The notes under the pieces were generated by a model. It had not been told where the DNA came from. It saw nothing but the letters and a program-made list of their open reading frames with translations, and made no database searches. 64,000 nucleotides of DNA, taken from NCBI GenBank assembly GCA_963693365.1, contig CAVNZM010000009.1:700963-764962 (forward strand), written 5' to 3'. The position numbers were made by a program, and so were the translations under genes. This DNA is from Amoebidium appalachense. Its lineage: Eukaryota; Protista; Ichthyosporea. Positions 46,171 through 57,431 of the stretch are shown one piece after another. Each line of letters starts with the position of its first letter. The first letter of the stretch is position 1.

Positions 46171-47176
46171 AAGGATGACCCGGTCCTGTTGGCGGAGAGA
46201 CAACGGTGAGAACTATCGTGCTGCCGTCGTCATATGTCTTTTCCTTTTGCGCCGAGTGACACCACATGTCCATCAAGTTCGTGCATGTGTACATATGGAC
46301 GTGCTTTGTTTACATTCTTGTGGATGCTGAGCTATCCAATCACATTGGCCTGCTCTATCCCAATGCCACCAACGTGGCTTCGAAGCTCTCTAGAGCGACA
46401 GGCAGATAGAGGTCGTCGTTTTGTGTTTAAACATACAAAAAAAAATCAATAAGAGAAAAAAGCTCCTTAAAATATTCACTCTACTACTGCAGGCCTTATT
46501 TCACTATGTTGAAACAATCAGACACATGTCTGAGGACACGCGTACGTAGGTTGACGAAAGCGGCAACTTCAACCAGCAAGCCTGCAAAATGTCACAGCAA
46601 GTAATGACCTTAAGCCAATCAGACTAGGCTAGAGCTGGGGCAACTAATACACCCGGTACTCAGGAGCCTTCATTGCTCTAGCCTCGGAGACTATCCCGGC
46701 ATGTATCAGGTAAAGTATCAGGTGCAATATACTCCTGCCTTTGTCTCTTGTAGAAATCACATTGTGTCAAAGTGTAGTGTATTTAAGATGTACTGCCTGA
46801 CACGTCCATTCTACACAGGAGTAAAATCTTTCAAAAACCTTCAACGAATCAAAATGTACCGCTGAATACCATAATATTACCATTCTTTTGTCACATTCTT
46901 TCCAGCAATACACAGCAATTAGAAGGACATTGATGATTGGTTATTTTCGCACCATAAACGTCATTCCTTAGTTTTCCTGTTCGCTACGATTGGTCAAGAA
47001 ACTCCCCAACGTCGACTACACAACAAACACAAACCTACACCTTGGCCTGTGCCCTAACTTTCCTGTCAGTTTTGTCGTATGCACCCTTCTGTATAGGTTT
47101 TCTTTCGTTTTTCCCCTCTTTTTTGTATAGTCGTTATAGAGACAGGCTGGTGTCCCCATGTGCGTTAGATCTAAAC

Positions 47177-49050
47177 ATGGCCCTGCGAGACAAGAAACGA
47201 GAGGAGATGCTCAGGGCCATAGGCCAGCAGCCAAGCAACCGCAACTGCTTTGAGTGTGGTGGGCGCCCAGTTACCTATGTGAACCTTTTCAACAAGACGT
47301 TTGTGTGTACGACGTGCTGTGGTGCGCTTATTCACATCGGCCATCGAATCAAGTCGATCTCCGCTGCCCGGTTTACCGATGAGGAAGTTTTGGTACGTGC
47401 CAAACCCCTTGTTGAGCCCCATGGTACATACAGGTGTGTCCGTACGACACAAAGAGAACGTCTGATTACTAGCTTTAGCACCAATATGGGTAGTGGACAC
47501 CCAGTTTTTTCTTCATGCACAACCCATCCTTGGCATTTGAATCTGTTTGTCAACTTTAAGAGATGACGGACGAATCTTTAGATCTGGCTGTGTGCACATG
47601 ACTGAGTGTTTGAGCCTAACTCTTTCCAGCCGGCCAGGCTTGCCATCCACAGACATCTTCGCAAGCGGCGACATATTCTAACGTTTTCTCCTTTGTGCAG
47701 GGCTTCGAGGATGGTGGCAATGACGCTGCCAAAAAAATCTGGCTTGCCTACTACGAAGATGCTTACGACATGAAGCCGACCCCGGACAAGATCAAAGATT
47801 TCGTTCGCGAGAAATACGAGAAGAAGAGGTGGTATCGTGCTGCATCAGTTGCACGCAACCCACGCAACGACGGCGAATCTCGGGGGGATGTGAGTGAGAG
47901 CGGTGAGTATTCCGACTTTGAGGTTAGCTCCAGGCGTGCGGAGAGGAGGCTAGAGAAGGAGCAGAGGTCTTCGCTTTCGCACAACAACCTGAACGATTCG
48001 ATTCGGGAAAGATCCCGTTTTTCGCACAACAAGGCATCTGATGACGACAAGAGCTGCAGCCCAGAGAGCGAGGAAACACGCTACGGCACCCGCAATGAAA
48101 AAGGCGGAGAGAGGGACCGTGACGGTAAGAAATATGAGGAAAATTTGGTTACAGAGACAATCTCTATTAATCTCTTGCGCATGAGCATCCGCGATGATGA
48201 GAATCGTGCTGACAACGATGACAAGCCCAGACTGTCCTCAAAAGGAAACTATCGCCGCAGCCCATTTTCCGGCACCAAGCAGGTCCCCGCCGAGTGTCCC
48301 ATCTGCTTTGCCCAAGTTGATGTGACCGACATTGAATCGCACATGGGAGAATGCAAGGGCGACGACAGAAACGATCTTCCCCGCCGTATCAGCAAGCACG
48401 ACTCGCTTGTTCTCCAGCGCAGTTCCACCGACCAACCACCTCGTCGCAATAGCACAACCTCCGCCAAACCCACCCAGCGCCACAGCAGCAAACCGGATAC
48501 GGCGGCAAGCTGGCCCACACATGCCATCCCCCAACAAGAGACACGGAGCACGAGTGCTGTGGACGAACTCTCGTCTGTGTTTACCCCTGCCCCCGCCCCT
48601 GCCCCCATGCTACAGATGTACTACGCAGCCGGGGGTATGGTTGCTGCTGCCCCCGGTATGGGCTATCCTAACGGCTGGCCACAGGCAGCAATGGTGGCAA
48701 ACCCATATGCCCAGACTACACCCCCTCAATCCTACCAACAGCCTCAACAGTGGACACAAGCACCCCCCACCCAACAGCCACAACAGCCAGCTCTTGCTCC
48801 TACGACTGCTACAACCAAGTGTCCACCTTCCTTCAGCTCCGAGCCCCTTGTCCCCTTGGCCCCGGGTCAGAGCCTTCCCCAACCCGATAGATATGCTCCG
48901 TTGGTTAAGGTAGCTGAGGAGGCGTCTGTGTTTGAACACCCCTACGGAAAACCCACATTGCCCATTAACAGCCAGAACAGCATGGGGGGTTCTATGCAAC
49001 AAAACAACGTCACCAGTGGGGTAGCGCAGAACTTCGATCGGCGGTGGTAG
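47177..49050 (+). CDS. ArfGAP-domain protein (AGFG1/Hrb-Gts1-like), 5' part, truncated by a retroelement insertion
   Basis: Exon 47177-47392 has NRNCFECG...FVCTTCCG...HRIKSIS...FTDEEV. Intron 47393-47700 has a CTAAC branch point. Exon 2 has GGNDAAKKIWLA...KDFVREKYEKKRWY, then a CPIC...H...C finger and a P/Q-rich region. The stop at 49048-49050 is supplied by the inserted element. Confidence 0.88.
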
Positions 49051-51362
49051 GAAGGAATATCCCGATGCTCTCTTGTTACCAAACACCACTCCCGCTAGAC
49101 TAGGTGAACCCCTGTCTCAAAAGGAAAGCTTGCGCCGGCTTGCTAGTATGAATCGATTTGGCCCCCCTGCTCGTATTATTGGTGATACCACTGGAGACCC
49201 CCTCATAGACTCTGATAAGTATTTCTCGGAACTGTTTAAAGATAGGACCCCCGCTCAGAAACCTATTGTGTGGCCTGTAGACCCATCTATCCCCATAGAA
49301 TCGATCCTCCCCTTTTTCAGTCCCGATGCCATATGGTCTGTGATATCTAGTTATAGCTCTAGTAAGTCTTGTGGACCTGATGGACTCCCTGCTGGGTTTC
49401 TTAAAATCCTTGTTCCCTCCTACCCACAAAAGGAAAGTGATCGTGCTATTAAACCTGATCTTACTATCATGTTAAGCTCTCTCTTTTCTTGGTGTGTTAA
49501 ATGTGGACATGTCCCGTCATCTTGGTTAGATACCTTAGTGATCCCCATAGTTAAGAAGGACTCTGAGGGCCCCATATCATCCTTTCGCCCCATTACACTA
49601 ACCCAGGTTGTTCGTAGATTCTTTGAAGCTTGCTTACTTAGGTTATTTGCACATCACCCTAGGTTTCAATCTATTCTTCACATACACCCATGCCAATCCG
49701 CTTTTCGTAAAAACAATTCATGTTATGTTCAAATAATGGCACTGCACGATTCTATGCAAGTTGGTGCACAATATGTTGGCTTTATTGATTGGAAAACTGC
49801 TTACGATTCTGTCTCCCCTGGTCTCCTATGGGAAAAGCTTGCTGCACGGGGTGTACCACACTGCATTGGTGTTCTGTTAGAAGCACTCTTGTCTCAAACC
49901 TATGGTAGAGCTGTGGTTAATGGGCATCTTTCATATGGTTTTGCTCGTACTAGAGGTCTCTTGCAGGGTTCATTGCTTAGCCCCTTTTTGTTTAACCTAT
50001 TTATAGATGATTTGGCTGTCAAGATTTACGCCGAAAACGATGACCCTATTAATAACTTTCCGCCTGCACTTCTCTATGCTGATGATCTGTCCCTCCTTGC
50101 CCGTACCCCTAGACGCCTGCAAAGATTGTTCGATGTAGTGTCAGAGTGGTGCAAGGCAAACCTTATGATCCTTAACATAGACAAATGTGGTGTTCTTGTA
50201 CCTGATATAGCTAACAATTTACACACATTTACATTATCATCTAAACCTGTACCTATAGTTCCAGAATACAAATATCTTGGTGTTCCGGTTGATTCTGTTG
50301 GTGTTATGTTTCCCCATATGGTCGAAAAGAGGGTAGAGTTGGCTCGTAAGCGGTTAGCTTTCTTCTCGGCTAATATTTTTAAAGACACACCCCTCCATCC
50401 TTCTATTAGACTTACATTTATTCGCACTTTTGTCTTCCCGGCATGTGAATATGGTTTACCCCTTCTCGCCGCTTGGATCAAGAAAGAGAGAACTAGAGCG
50501 CTTAAACCCTTGGCAAATTTCCTTGAAGCAGAAGTTGCCTCCTTTCTATCTAACAACTGTTGTAAACCTGGGCCTGTAACGCTCTCGATATATGGTCTGG
50601 TCCCAATAGCTGCTAGAGTATCCTATCTCGCGCTGAAATTCAATAAGCACATAAGCCGCTTAAAGAAGTATTTGCCCTCCCACCCTCTCTTCTCTATCCG
50701 ACCTGTCCCCTCCTCACCTCTCCCCTCTTTCCTCCCCTCTCTCTCCCCTTCTCCCCTGGGCACAAATACAAATAAACCCCGCAATAGTGTGTGTGTGACT
50801 TTGGACTGCCACTTACTTATTAAACATGTACACAATCACAAGATAATCACGCAATATAACAAATGGAAAAAGATACCACACGACACTAGACCCGATGAAA
50901 GCATACACCTTGAAAAACTAAGCCTTATGTCTCGTTTTATATATACTGACCGCCTCAACCATATTGCCAAATATGGCACTCGCAAGTGTATAACACCTAA
51001 ATACATATTACCTTCCTGTAGAACTGGTCTTTCTCTAGCTGATGGTATTATTGATCAATTACCACGCTTTTACTGTACACGTGCTATACAGTGGAGATCT
51101 AATAAGTATAAGGTGGCATCATTTGCATGCCCAAACAACACACACACACACCAGTTTAACCGGTCATGTATCGCCAAATGTAGTTTGATAGACCACATAA
51201 TACCGCAACACACACACGTCACATTCACAACAGACACCCAGAAAGATAGCCTACCTGTAAATTACAACATCCTTGATTTTATACTAAACACGCGTAACTA
51301 CGACCTGTTTATTAGATGTATTGATTGGCTTGAGAAACACATCACTACAAAATTATAGCGCA

Positions 51363-51431
<69 letters not shown>

Positions 51432-51463
51432 CCAGCTGATACCGAGTGTCCCGAGGGGAGCCC

Positions 51464-51510
<47 letters not shown>

Positions 51511-51704
51511 GGGGAACCCCAACTAATTGATTTCTCCTTGTAGTCTTTATGGTGTCTCGTAGAGAAAGTAAACCCTGATATATAGTCACCACCCGACATC
51601 TATGTACGTGATCATGATATACCGCTGAGGGGATATTCCGAGCAAACCCCCCCCCCCCATACCTGAGACTGGTTCTCTTTGCCTCGAGTAAACAGCGTAA
51701 ACCC
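49040..51704 (+). mobile_element. non-LTR (LINE-type) retroelement insertion, probably 5'-truncated, with 9-bp TSD
   Basis: ACTTCGATC is duplicated at 49031-49039 and 51705-51713. Removing the insert restores the host frame (..VAQNFD|LQQQQAAQPM..). The insert contains an RT ORF, (CA)n, a 42-A run and ~195 further bases. Confidence 0.9.
49073..51358 (+). CDS. non-LTR retrotransposon reverse transcriptase
   Basis: KSCGPDG, VIPIVKK, SFRPITL, QSAFR, IDWKTAYDSV, GLLQGSLLSPFLFNLFIDDL, LYADDL and YKYLGV motifs, plus a C-terminal Cys/His cluster. The frame is open back to the insertion junction (49040) and the first ATG is at 49148. No endonuclease domain is recognisable. Confidence 0.95.
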   Translation: MLPNTTPARLGEPLSQKESLRRLASMNRFGPPARIIGDTTGDPLIDSDKYFSELFKDRTPAQKPIVWPVDPSIPIESILPFFSPDAIWSVISSYSSSKSCGPDGLPAGFLKILVPSYPQKESDRAIKPDLTIMLSSLFSWCVKCGHVPSSWLDTLVIPIVKKDSEGPISSFRPITLTQVVRRFFEACLLRLFAHHPRFQSILHIHPCQSAFRKNNSCYVQIMALHDSMQVGAQYVGFIDWKTAYDSVSPGLLWEKLAARGVPHCIGVLLEALLSQTYGRAVVNGHLSYGFARTRGLLQGSLLSPFLFNLFIDDLAVKIYAENDDPINNFPPALLYADDLSLLARTPRRLQRLFDVVSEWCKANLMILNIDKCGVLVPDIANNLHTFTLSSKPVPIVPEYKYLGVPVDSVGVMFPHMVEKRVELARKRLAFFSANIFKDTPLHPSIRLTFIRTFVFPACEYGLPLLAAWIKKERTRALKPLANFLEAEVASFLSNNCCKPGPVTLSIYGLVPIAARVSYLALKFNKHISRLKKYLPSHPLFSIRPVPSSPLPSFLPSLSPSPLGTNTNKPRNSVCVTLDCHLLIKHVHNHKIITQYNKWKKIPHDTRPDESIHLEKLSLMSRFIYTDRLNHIAKYGTRKCITPKYILPSCRTGLSLADGIIDQLPRFYCTRAIQWRSNKYKVASFACPNNTHTHQFNRSCIAKCSLIDHIIPQHTHVTFTTDTQKDSLPVNYNILDFILNTRNYDLFIRCIDWLEKHITTKL

Positions 51705-52310
51705 ACTTCGATCTGCAGCAGCAGCAAGCAGCCCAGCCTATGCCACAGCAGATGTACACCCAGCACCAACAAGCAATGCCGCCACAGCAAACTTTAACCC
51801 CATGGGCAGGCATGACCCAGGCCGGCATTGTAAACCCCACCCAGGCAGCGCTACAGGGGCAACAGTACATGCCGGTGCCCCGGGGCATGCCTTCTATGCC
51901 TCTGACTGGGCCACAGCCAAACATCATGACGGCACCCCCCATGGCCCAACCCATGTACATGGCCTACCCTGGGGTTTATATGGCTACTGCAGCCGTTCCC
52001 TCGGCGGCGGCAATGGCGCAGTTGGCTCAGAATACGGCGGGTGCAACCACAGGGGTTAATCCCCCCACCCACGGGTTTGGATGCGGTTAACCCGTTTAAT
52101 CTCGGTGCTAGCAAACCTATGCATAAGGAGATGCAGGTTGCTAGTGTTCACCAAAAGCAACAGCATGTGGGGGCTATGGGGGCGAATCAGATGGCGCATT
52201 TCATGCCGAGGGCCAATCAGCTTGCGGCAAATCATGCGTGGCCAGTGGGAAGTGCTCTGCATGGCCAGGCACAGGCACAGGCACAGGCACAGCCCATTCG
52301 TTACTTCTGA
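51705..52310 (+). pseudogene. displaced 3' part of the ArfGAP gene (Q/M/P-rich tail with NPF motif)
   Basis: In frame with the upstream exon across the TSD. A +1 shift in the C run at ~52061-52070 is needed to reach ..DAVNPFNLG..PIRYF* (stop at 52310). Confidence 0.75.
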
Positions 52311-52489
52311 ACTATTACTCTGATAAATCACGTGATTGGTGGGCGGTTTTGGGATAGTGGAATAGCACATGCATTTTAAATATAACGCAAGGGTGTATAG
52401 AGATCGCGTCCGCGAATAAGAACCCCCCAAAATGTGGCAGGGTGGCGGAATCTTAAATTTTTGGAGGGTCGGGGTCAGCATCTTATTGG

Positions 52490-52538
<49 letters not shown>

Positions 52539-52540
<2 letters not shown>

Positions 52541-52900
52541 GAATGCGGAACACGGTACGAAGTACGCATACACGATGAGAAGCATGGTGCAGGACACATG
52601 CAAAGGCAAACATTCAAGTATGCAACATCATCCATGCGCACAGTATGCGTCATAAGCAGAGCCCATCCTCAGGGAGGGCCCAAGTCATCAATTGCGTCTG
52701 AGTTTCGACCCCTTAGCCCGCGTATATACGACTCTCCAACTCAGACAGCAGCATCAACTGAACTTGGGAGAGTCAACCCGTCTTGATCAAAGACGAGCAG
52801 GGTTGCTTATGCAAACAAGGTGAGCAAAACGGTGAAGATGTGTGTGCAAACTAATGCAGTGCAGCGAAAAATGTGTATGTGCTTACATATGCACGACACA
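52539..52900 (-). mobile_element. structured dispersed repeat (SINE-like), longest copy E, nested in the DNA transposon
   Basis: Reverse complement of copy B plus ~45 extra 5' bases. Bounded by G runs at 52491-52538 and 52901-52960. Confidence 0.8.
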
Positions 52901-52961
<61 letters not shown>

Positions 52962-53090
52962 GGGGGGTGGAGGGCAACACCACAGTACAGTACATATGTA
53001 CCCAGGAATGAGCAGTCGGTAAATGCATATATGGCACTGACACCATGTCATGCGTATGCATATGTATTAACACTTTGAGTTGGGACGTAC

Positions 53091-53781
53091 GGTTTTTGGC
53101 CCTTCCATCCAACACAACCCCCTCACGCAGAGCCTGCTCGTCTCGTGCTATCTGAGCCGCTATGATTTCCTGCCGTGTGCGCTCACGGTCAGTCTCTGCA
53201 GCTGACACTGGTGTGTGGACTATAGACACCTTCCCAAGGCCATCTGTAGTTACCTTTGCCACGGACTTCGTGTACAGAACGCAATGTAGCTCGTGGGAAG
53301 TCCGCCCCCCGTTGTTACCAAAAGTGCGCGGGCAACCAGCACCACGGCAAGGAAGGCGTAGCCTGTCCTGCGCTGGTTTGACCATGGCTTCTCCGATGAT
53401 TGCCGCCTCGTCGTCTGACACAGTGAATTCCAGAAACCCCTTCTCCGTTGTGATGGTCCCTGTTGTTTTCACCGACACGGTTATTTTCTTTCTGAAGCCC
53501 ACGTTGTTGAACTCGAGCATGGACCTTTGCCCCGGTAAAGGTTTGGGCAGCTTACCAGAGTGATCTTCGCTCATGTCTGAGGTGTCCTGGCTGATTATTG
53601 CTGTTGCCTCTACACTTGCTTGTGCAACTTCGCTGGTTATCTCCACGAACCTACTTTGGACCTTAGCTGCCTCACCAAAATTTTTTTGTGACAAGTTGGC
53701 AAGCTCGGTAGTCCGCATGGCTACCTTGTGTTTCAGCCTGACAAGGGCCCTAGTGGCCGCTGAGCCCCCACGTTTAACCAT
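53091..53781 (-). pseudogene. first exon of the transposon-encoded protein (probable transposase N-terminus with a Zn-finger-like motif); downstream exons missing
   Basis: ~230 non-repetitive codons inside the TIRs, including CRGAGCPRTF...SHELHC. The exon ends at ..VLDGRAKN(R) with a GTACGT donor at 53090. No DDE domain remains. Confidence 0.55.
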
Positions 53782-54406
53782 CTTAGTGGCTACTTTTGGC
53801 CCTCTGGCCGCCTACGTAATAATTTGTTAGTTATCAAGGCACCCTTGCAACATCATCCCCCTCTAGCTGGTAAAGATCGAACTACGGCAGGTACAGAACC
53901 TTGTGGAAAAGAGTGGACGGAGTGAAAACTTTGTGTACACATATGGACAGTTTCCCGCCATTTTTGTCGGGCATGATCATGCATGATCCAGCATGATTTA
54001 TTCATCCGTCCGCCAATAAGATCACCACGAAAACTGGCCGGGGGGCAGAATCTTAAAAAAAAAAAGATTTTGCCGGGGGCGAAATCTTATAGGCGGGGGT
54101 TCTCATTCGCGGACGCTATCTGTATTATTGTCCGATGGACGATAACAGGTTTTCATCCGGGTAAGGTTTGGAGTTCTTCAATCTGATTTTCCTCTACTCT
54201 CTAGCGGTTCCTGGTATGGTACTTTTTACGTTCTTTATTTTTAATTGTGTTCGAAGACAGCAATAACGTTTGTATAGCTCTGAATACGTGTGCTATGTGT
54301 GTGTGTGTCTGCTCATGACTTTACAGTGTGTGTTCACGGTTCAGGGTGTGGAGTGGTGGTGGTATTGTTTTTTTTCTGTTATTGGGGGGGGGGGGGGGGG
54401 GGGGAG

Positions 54407-54443
<37 letters not shown>

Positions 54444-54927
54444 TATTAGGGGTTGGAGGTAAATAGCGTGTAGGTCAGACGCGACAACCAAGGATTTACT
54501 TGGTGGTGATTGTACATGGAGATTAGAGGCCCGTGTATCTAGCAAAGCGGCATGCGCACATATATCTAGCCGTTTTTTAGTATTTGGAGGTCTCACAATG
54601 TGGTATGTAGAAGTTACAATAGTAATGGGGTTGTGTTCTGAAGCTGAGCACCTTCTTTATGGTTTTTAAAGTCTAAGCAATCTGTGTGTTTTGTGTGTAA
54701 TATATCCCAACATCACGCAAAATGAAACATTTCAGTGTCATATGCAACATCTCAGTCGTGCCCCATATGCATAGAGGCTTAACATAGCTCATCACCAATA
54801 TGTTTTGCAAAACACAAGATTTTGTTGGACAACGGTGTTTATAAATGGAAAAATCATCTCTTCTTCGGGTCTGTCTTCAACTACAGTCATGATTTAAACA
54901 CGATGCTGGTATCGCTATTTCTCTACG

Positions 54928-54966
<39 letters not shown>

Positions 54967-55139
54967 ACACACACACACCCACATCCACCGCCACTCTCAC
55001 CATGGCTACCACGTTCGTTTCCCCCTCCCCCCGTCGGGTCAGTTACAGAATCTGTCTGAAAAGAAAAATGAACAAACGAAAATGGGTGTAGCATACAGAC
55101 ACACCCGCGCAGACAAGTGCGCGTGTGCATATACCCCCC

Positions 55140-55170
<31 letters not shown>

Positions 55171-55227
55171 ACGCACACACGCACACGCACACACACAAAA
55201 AAAGAACAAAAATAAACACACACACAT

Positions 55228-55299
<72 letters not shown>

Positions 55300-55539
55300 G
55301 CACACACGCCATCACACACACGCGCGCGCGCGTCGTGGCGTGGGCGCACATACAGGCCACACTACGTGACACGGATACACATCAGAACTTCAGCATACAC
55401 ATCTGCATTCTTCCGAATGTTTCCTGCGTGTTGGCCATAAAAAGAAAAACGGACACTTTAAAACTTCCCCTCGATTGTTTGTCCTGACTTGTGCTTGGAC
55501 TCCTCCTCCTCCCTCCCTCCCTCTCCCCTCCCCCCCCCT

Positions 55540-55573
<34 letters not shown>

Positions 55574-55679
55574 TCTCCACCCCCCCAAAAAAGCCTTCCC
55601 CTCGCCATCTCCAACTTGCAGCCCCAGCTGCATTTACCTGATAATTCTTGCATGAAAGGCCTCACATTCTCGTTCTCAG

Positions 55680-55689
55680 TTACTGCTAT

Positions 55690-55726
<37 letters not shown>

Positions 55727-55805
55727 TTCCCCCCGGGCTCCCCCCCCTGCTGTGCTGGCCTCCTTCCCTATTCTCTCTCGCTCTCCCCTCTCGCTCGCTC
55801 ACACC

Positions 55806-55836
<31 letters not shown>

Positions 55837-56004
55837 CCCCCCCCCCTTCCTCCCGCCCCTCCCGCCTTCCCCCCTTCCCCCCCTCTCTCCCTCGCGGAGT
55901 CCCCCCCCGCCCCCTGTCTCTCTCTTCCTCCCTCCCCCTCCCTCTCTTTCTCTCTCTCTCCTTCTGTCTACCCTCCCTATCTTTCTCCCTCTCTCGCTCT
56001 CTCC

Positions 56005-56094
<90 letters not shown>

Positions 56095-56466
56095 CCCCCC
56101 TCTCTCCCTTCCTTGCCCTCTCTGAATCTCTTTAACACACACACACACACACACTCTCCCTCCCTTCCCTCCCTCCCTCCCTCCCTCCCTCACTCACTCC
56201 TCTCTTTCTCTCTCACACTTAAAAGTCTCGTTCCCTGATCTACCTCCCTCTCCTCTTCCTCTATCTTTGCTCTCATTTCCCCCCCCCTCTCCCCTCCCCC
56301 GGGCTATCTCCTCCACCCCTCAATCTCTTCCCACCTTCCACTTCACGGGATCGTCCGTCCACTCATCAAAGGAAACAGCAAAACAAAACACAAATAGTTT
56401 CCCAAGGCTTGAGGGTGGTACGGCCTTGTCTTTGTGTCACGGCGATGGGAAACAAACATTCAATCC

Positions 56467-56498
<32 letters not shown>

Positions 56499-56502
56499 CT
56501 CC

Positions 56503-56561
<59 letters not shown>

Positions 56562-56600
56562 TTCCTCCTCCCCCCAGCTCCTCCCCCTGATATCGATCCC
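55680..56600. repeat. extended polypyrimidine region: poly-C tracts and (CT)n
   Basis: Read directly: (CT)n at ~56005-56095 and long C runs at ~56470-56560. Confidence 0.9.
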
Positions 56601-57220
56601 AGCCCCTTCCGCCCCTCTCCCCACTGAGTCCCCGGGCCTTATTTCTTTCTTTCTTTTTTTATTTTATTTTATTATTATTATTATTATTTTAATCCCGAAC
56701 GGTTCCTCTATGTTGTAAGTCAGTAGTAGCGTACTAGTAAGGCCATATCATTCACTGACAGGCTTTGTAAGCTCGTTAGCGCGCGCGGGAGGAAATTTCC
56801 TCTTGCTTTCCCGGGCGATTTGGCGGGAAAAATGCCCCAATAATACGCTTCATCATCTGATGATGACGTCACTTTGTCCAAAAGCCTTAGAAAACGTTTT
56901 CCGAGCATTGTTTGGGTATGGACGGTGGTGCTCCACTACTATAGCGGAAGCTGCTACTTGTTTGCTCCGACAGGCACACTTTCATTGAATTTTGCATGTT
57001 TCTGGTTTCAGGCAAGGTCCCAACACTTTTGAAGTCGGGTAGATCGAGTATTGTAATAGTGCTGCTGTTCGCGTGACTGGTCTGCTGACGATAGCCTAAA
57101 GGTAAGTAGCAACGCTTCCTCTTTTCTTTGTTTTTTGATCTTGGGGCCCGACCCCATTAAAACATTTGTGCGTGGTGTGTTGTACTCTTGCCCAAGTGTG
57201 TGTGTACGCGTGCGTTCGTG

Positions 57221-57291
<71 letters not shown>

Positions 57292-57337
57292 ATCGTCGTC
57301 TTTTTTTTTTTTTCGCGTGTGTGTGTGCGTGCGTGCA

Positions 57338-57431
<94 letters not shown>

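Larger units (their letters stand above)
52400..54122 (-). mobile_element. internally deleted Tc1/mariner-pogo-type DNA transposon
   Basis: ~28-bp TIRs GAGATCGCGTCCGCGAATAAGAACCCCC vs rc CAGATAGCGTCCGCGAATGAGAACCCCC (3 mismatches). TA on both flanks (52398-52399, 54123-54124). Subterminal ATCTTA/TAAGAT repeats include ATCTTATTGGCGG (~52480) and CCGCCAATAAGAT (~54010). Confidence 0.82.

Noticed and set aside
49040-49130. HDV-like ribozyme at the 5' end of the RT element
   Set aside because: Some hairpins are possible, but P2 and P1.1 cannot be formed convincingly, and the region is in the open RT frame.
51575-51592. Group I intron S-like motif GATATATAGTC
   Set aside because: No matching R element or P3/P7 pairing, and the insert has a TSD, which group I introns do not make.
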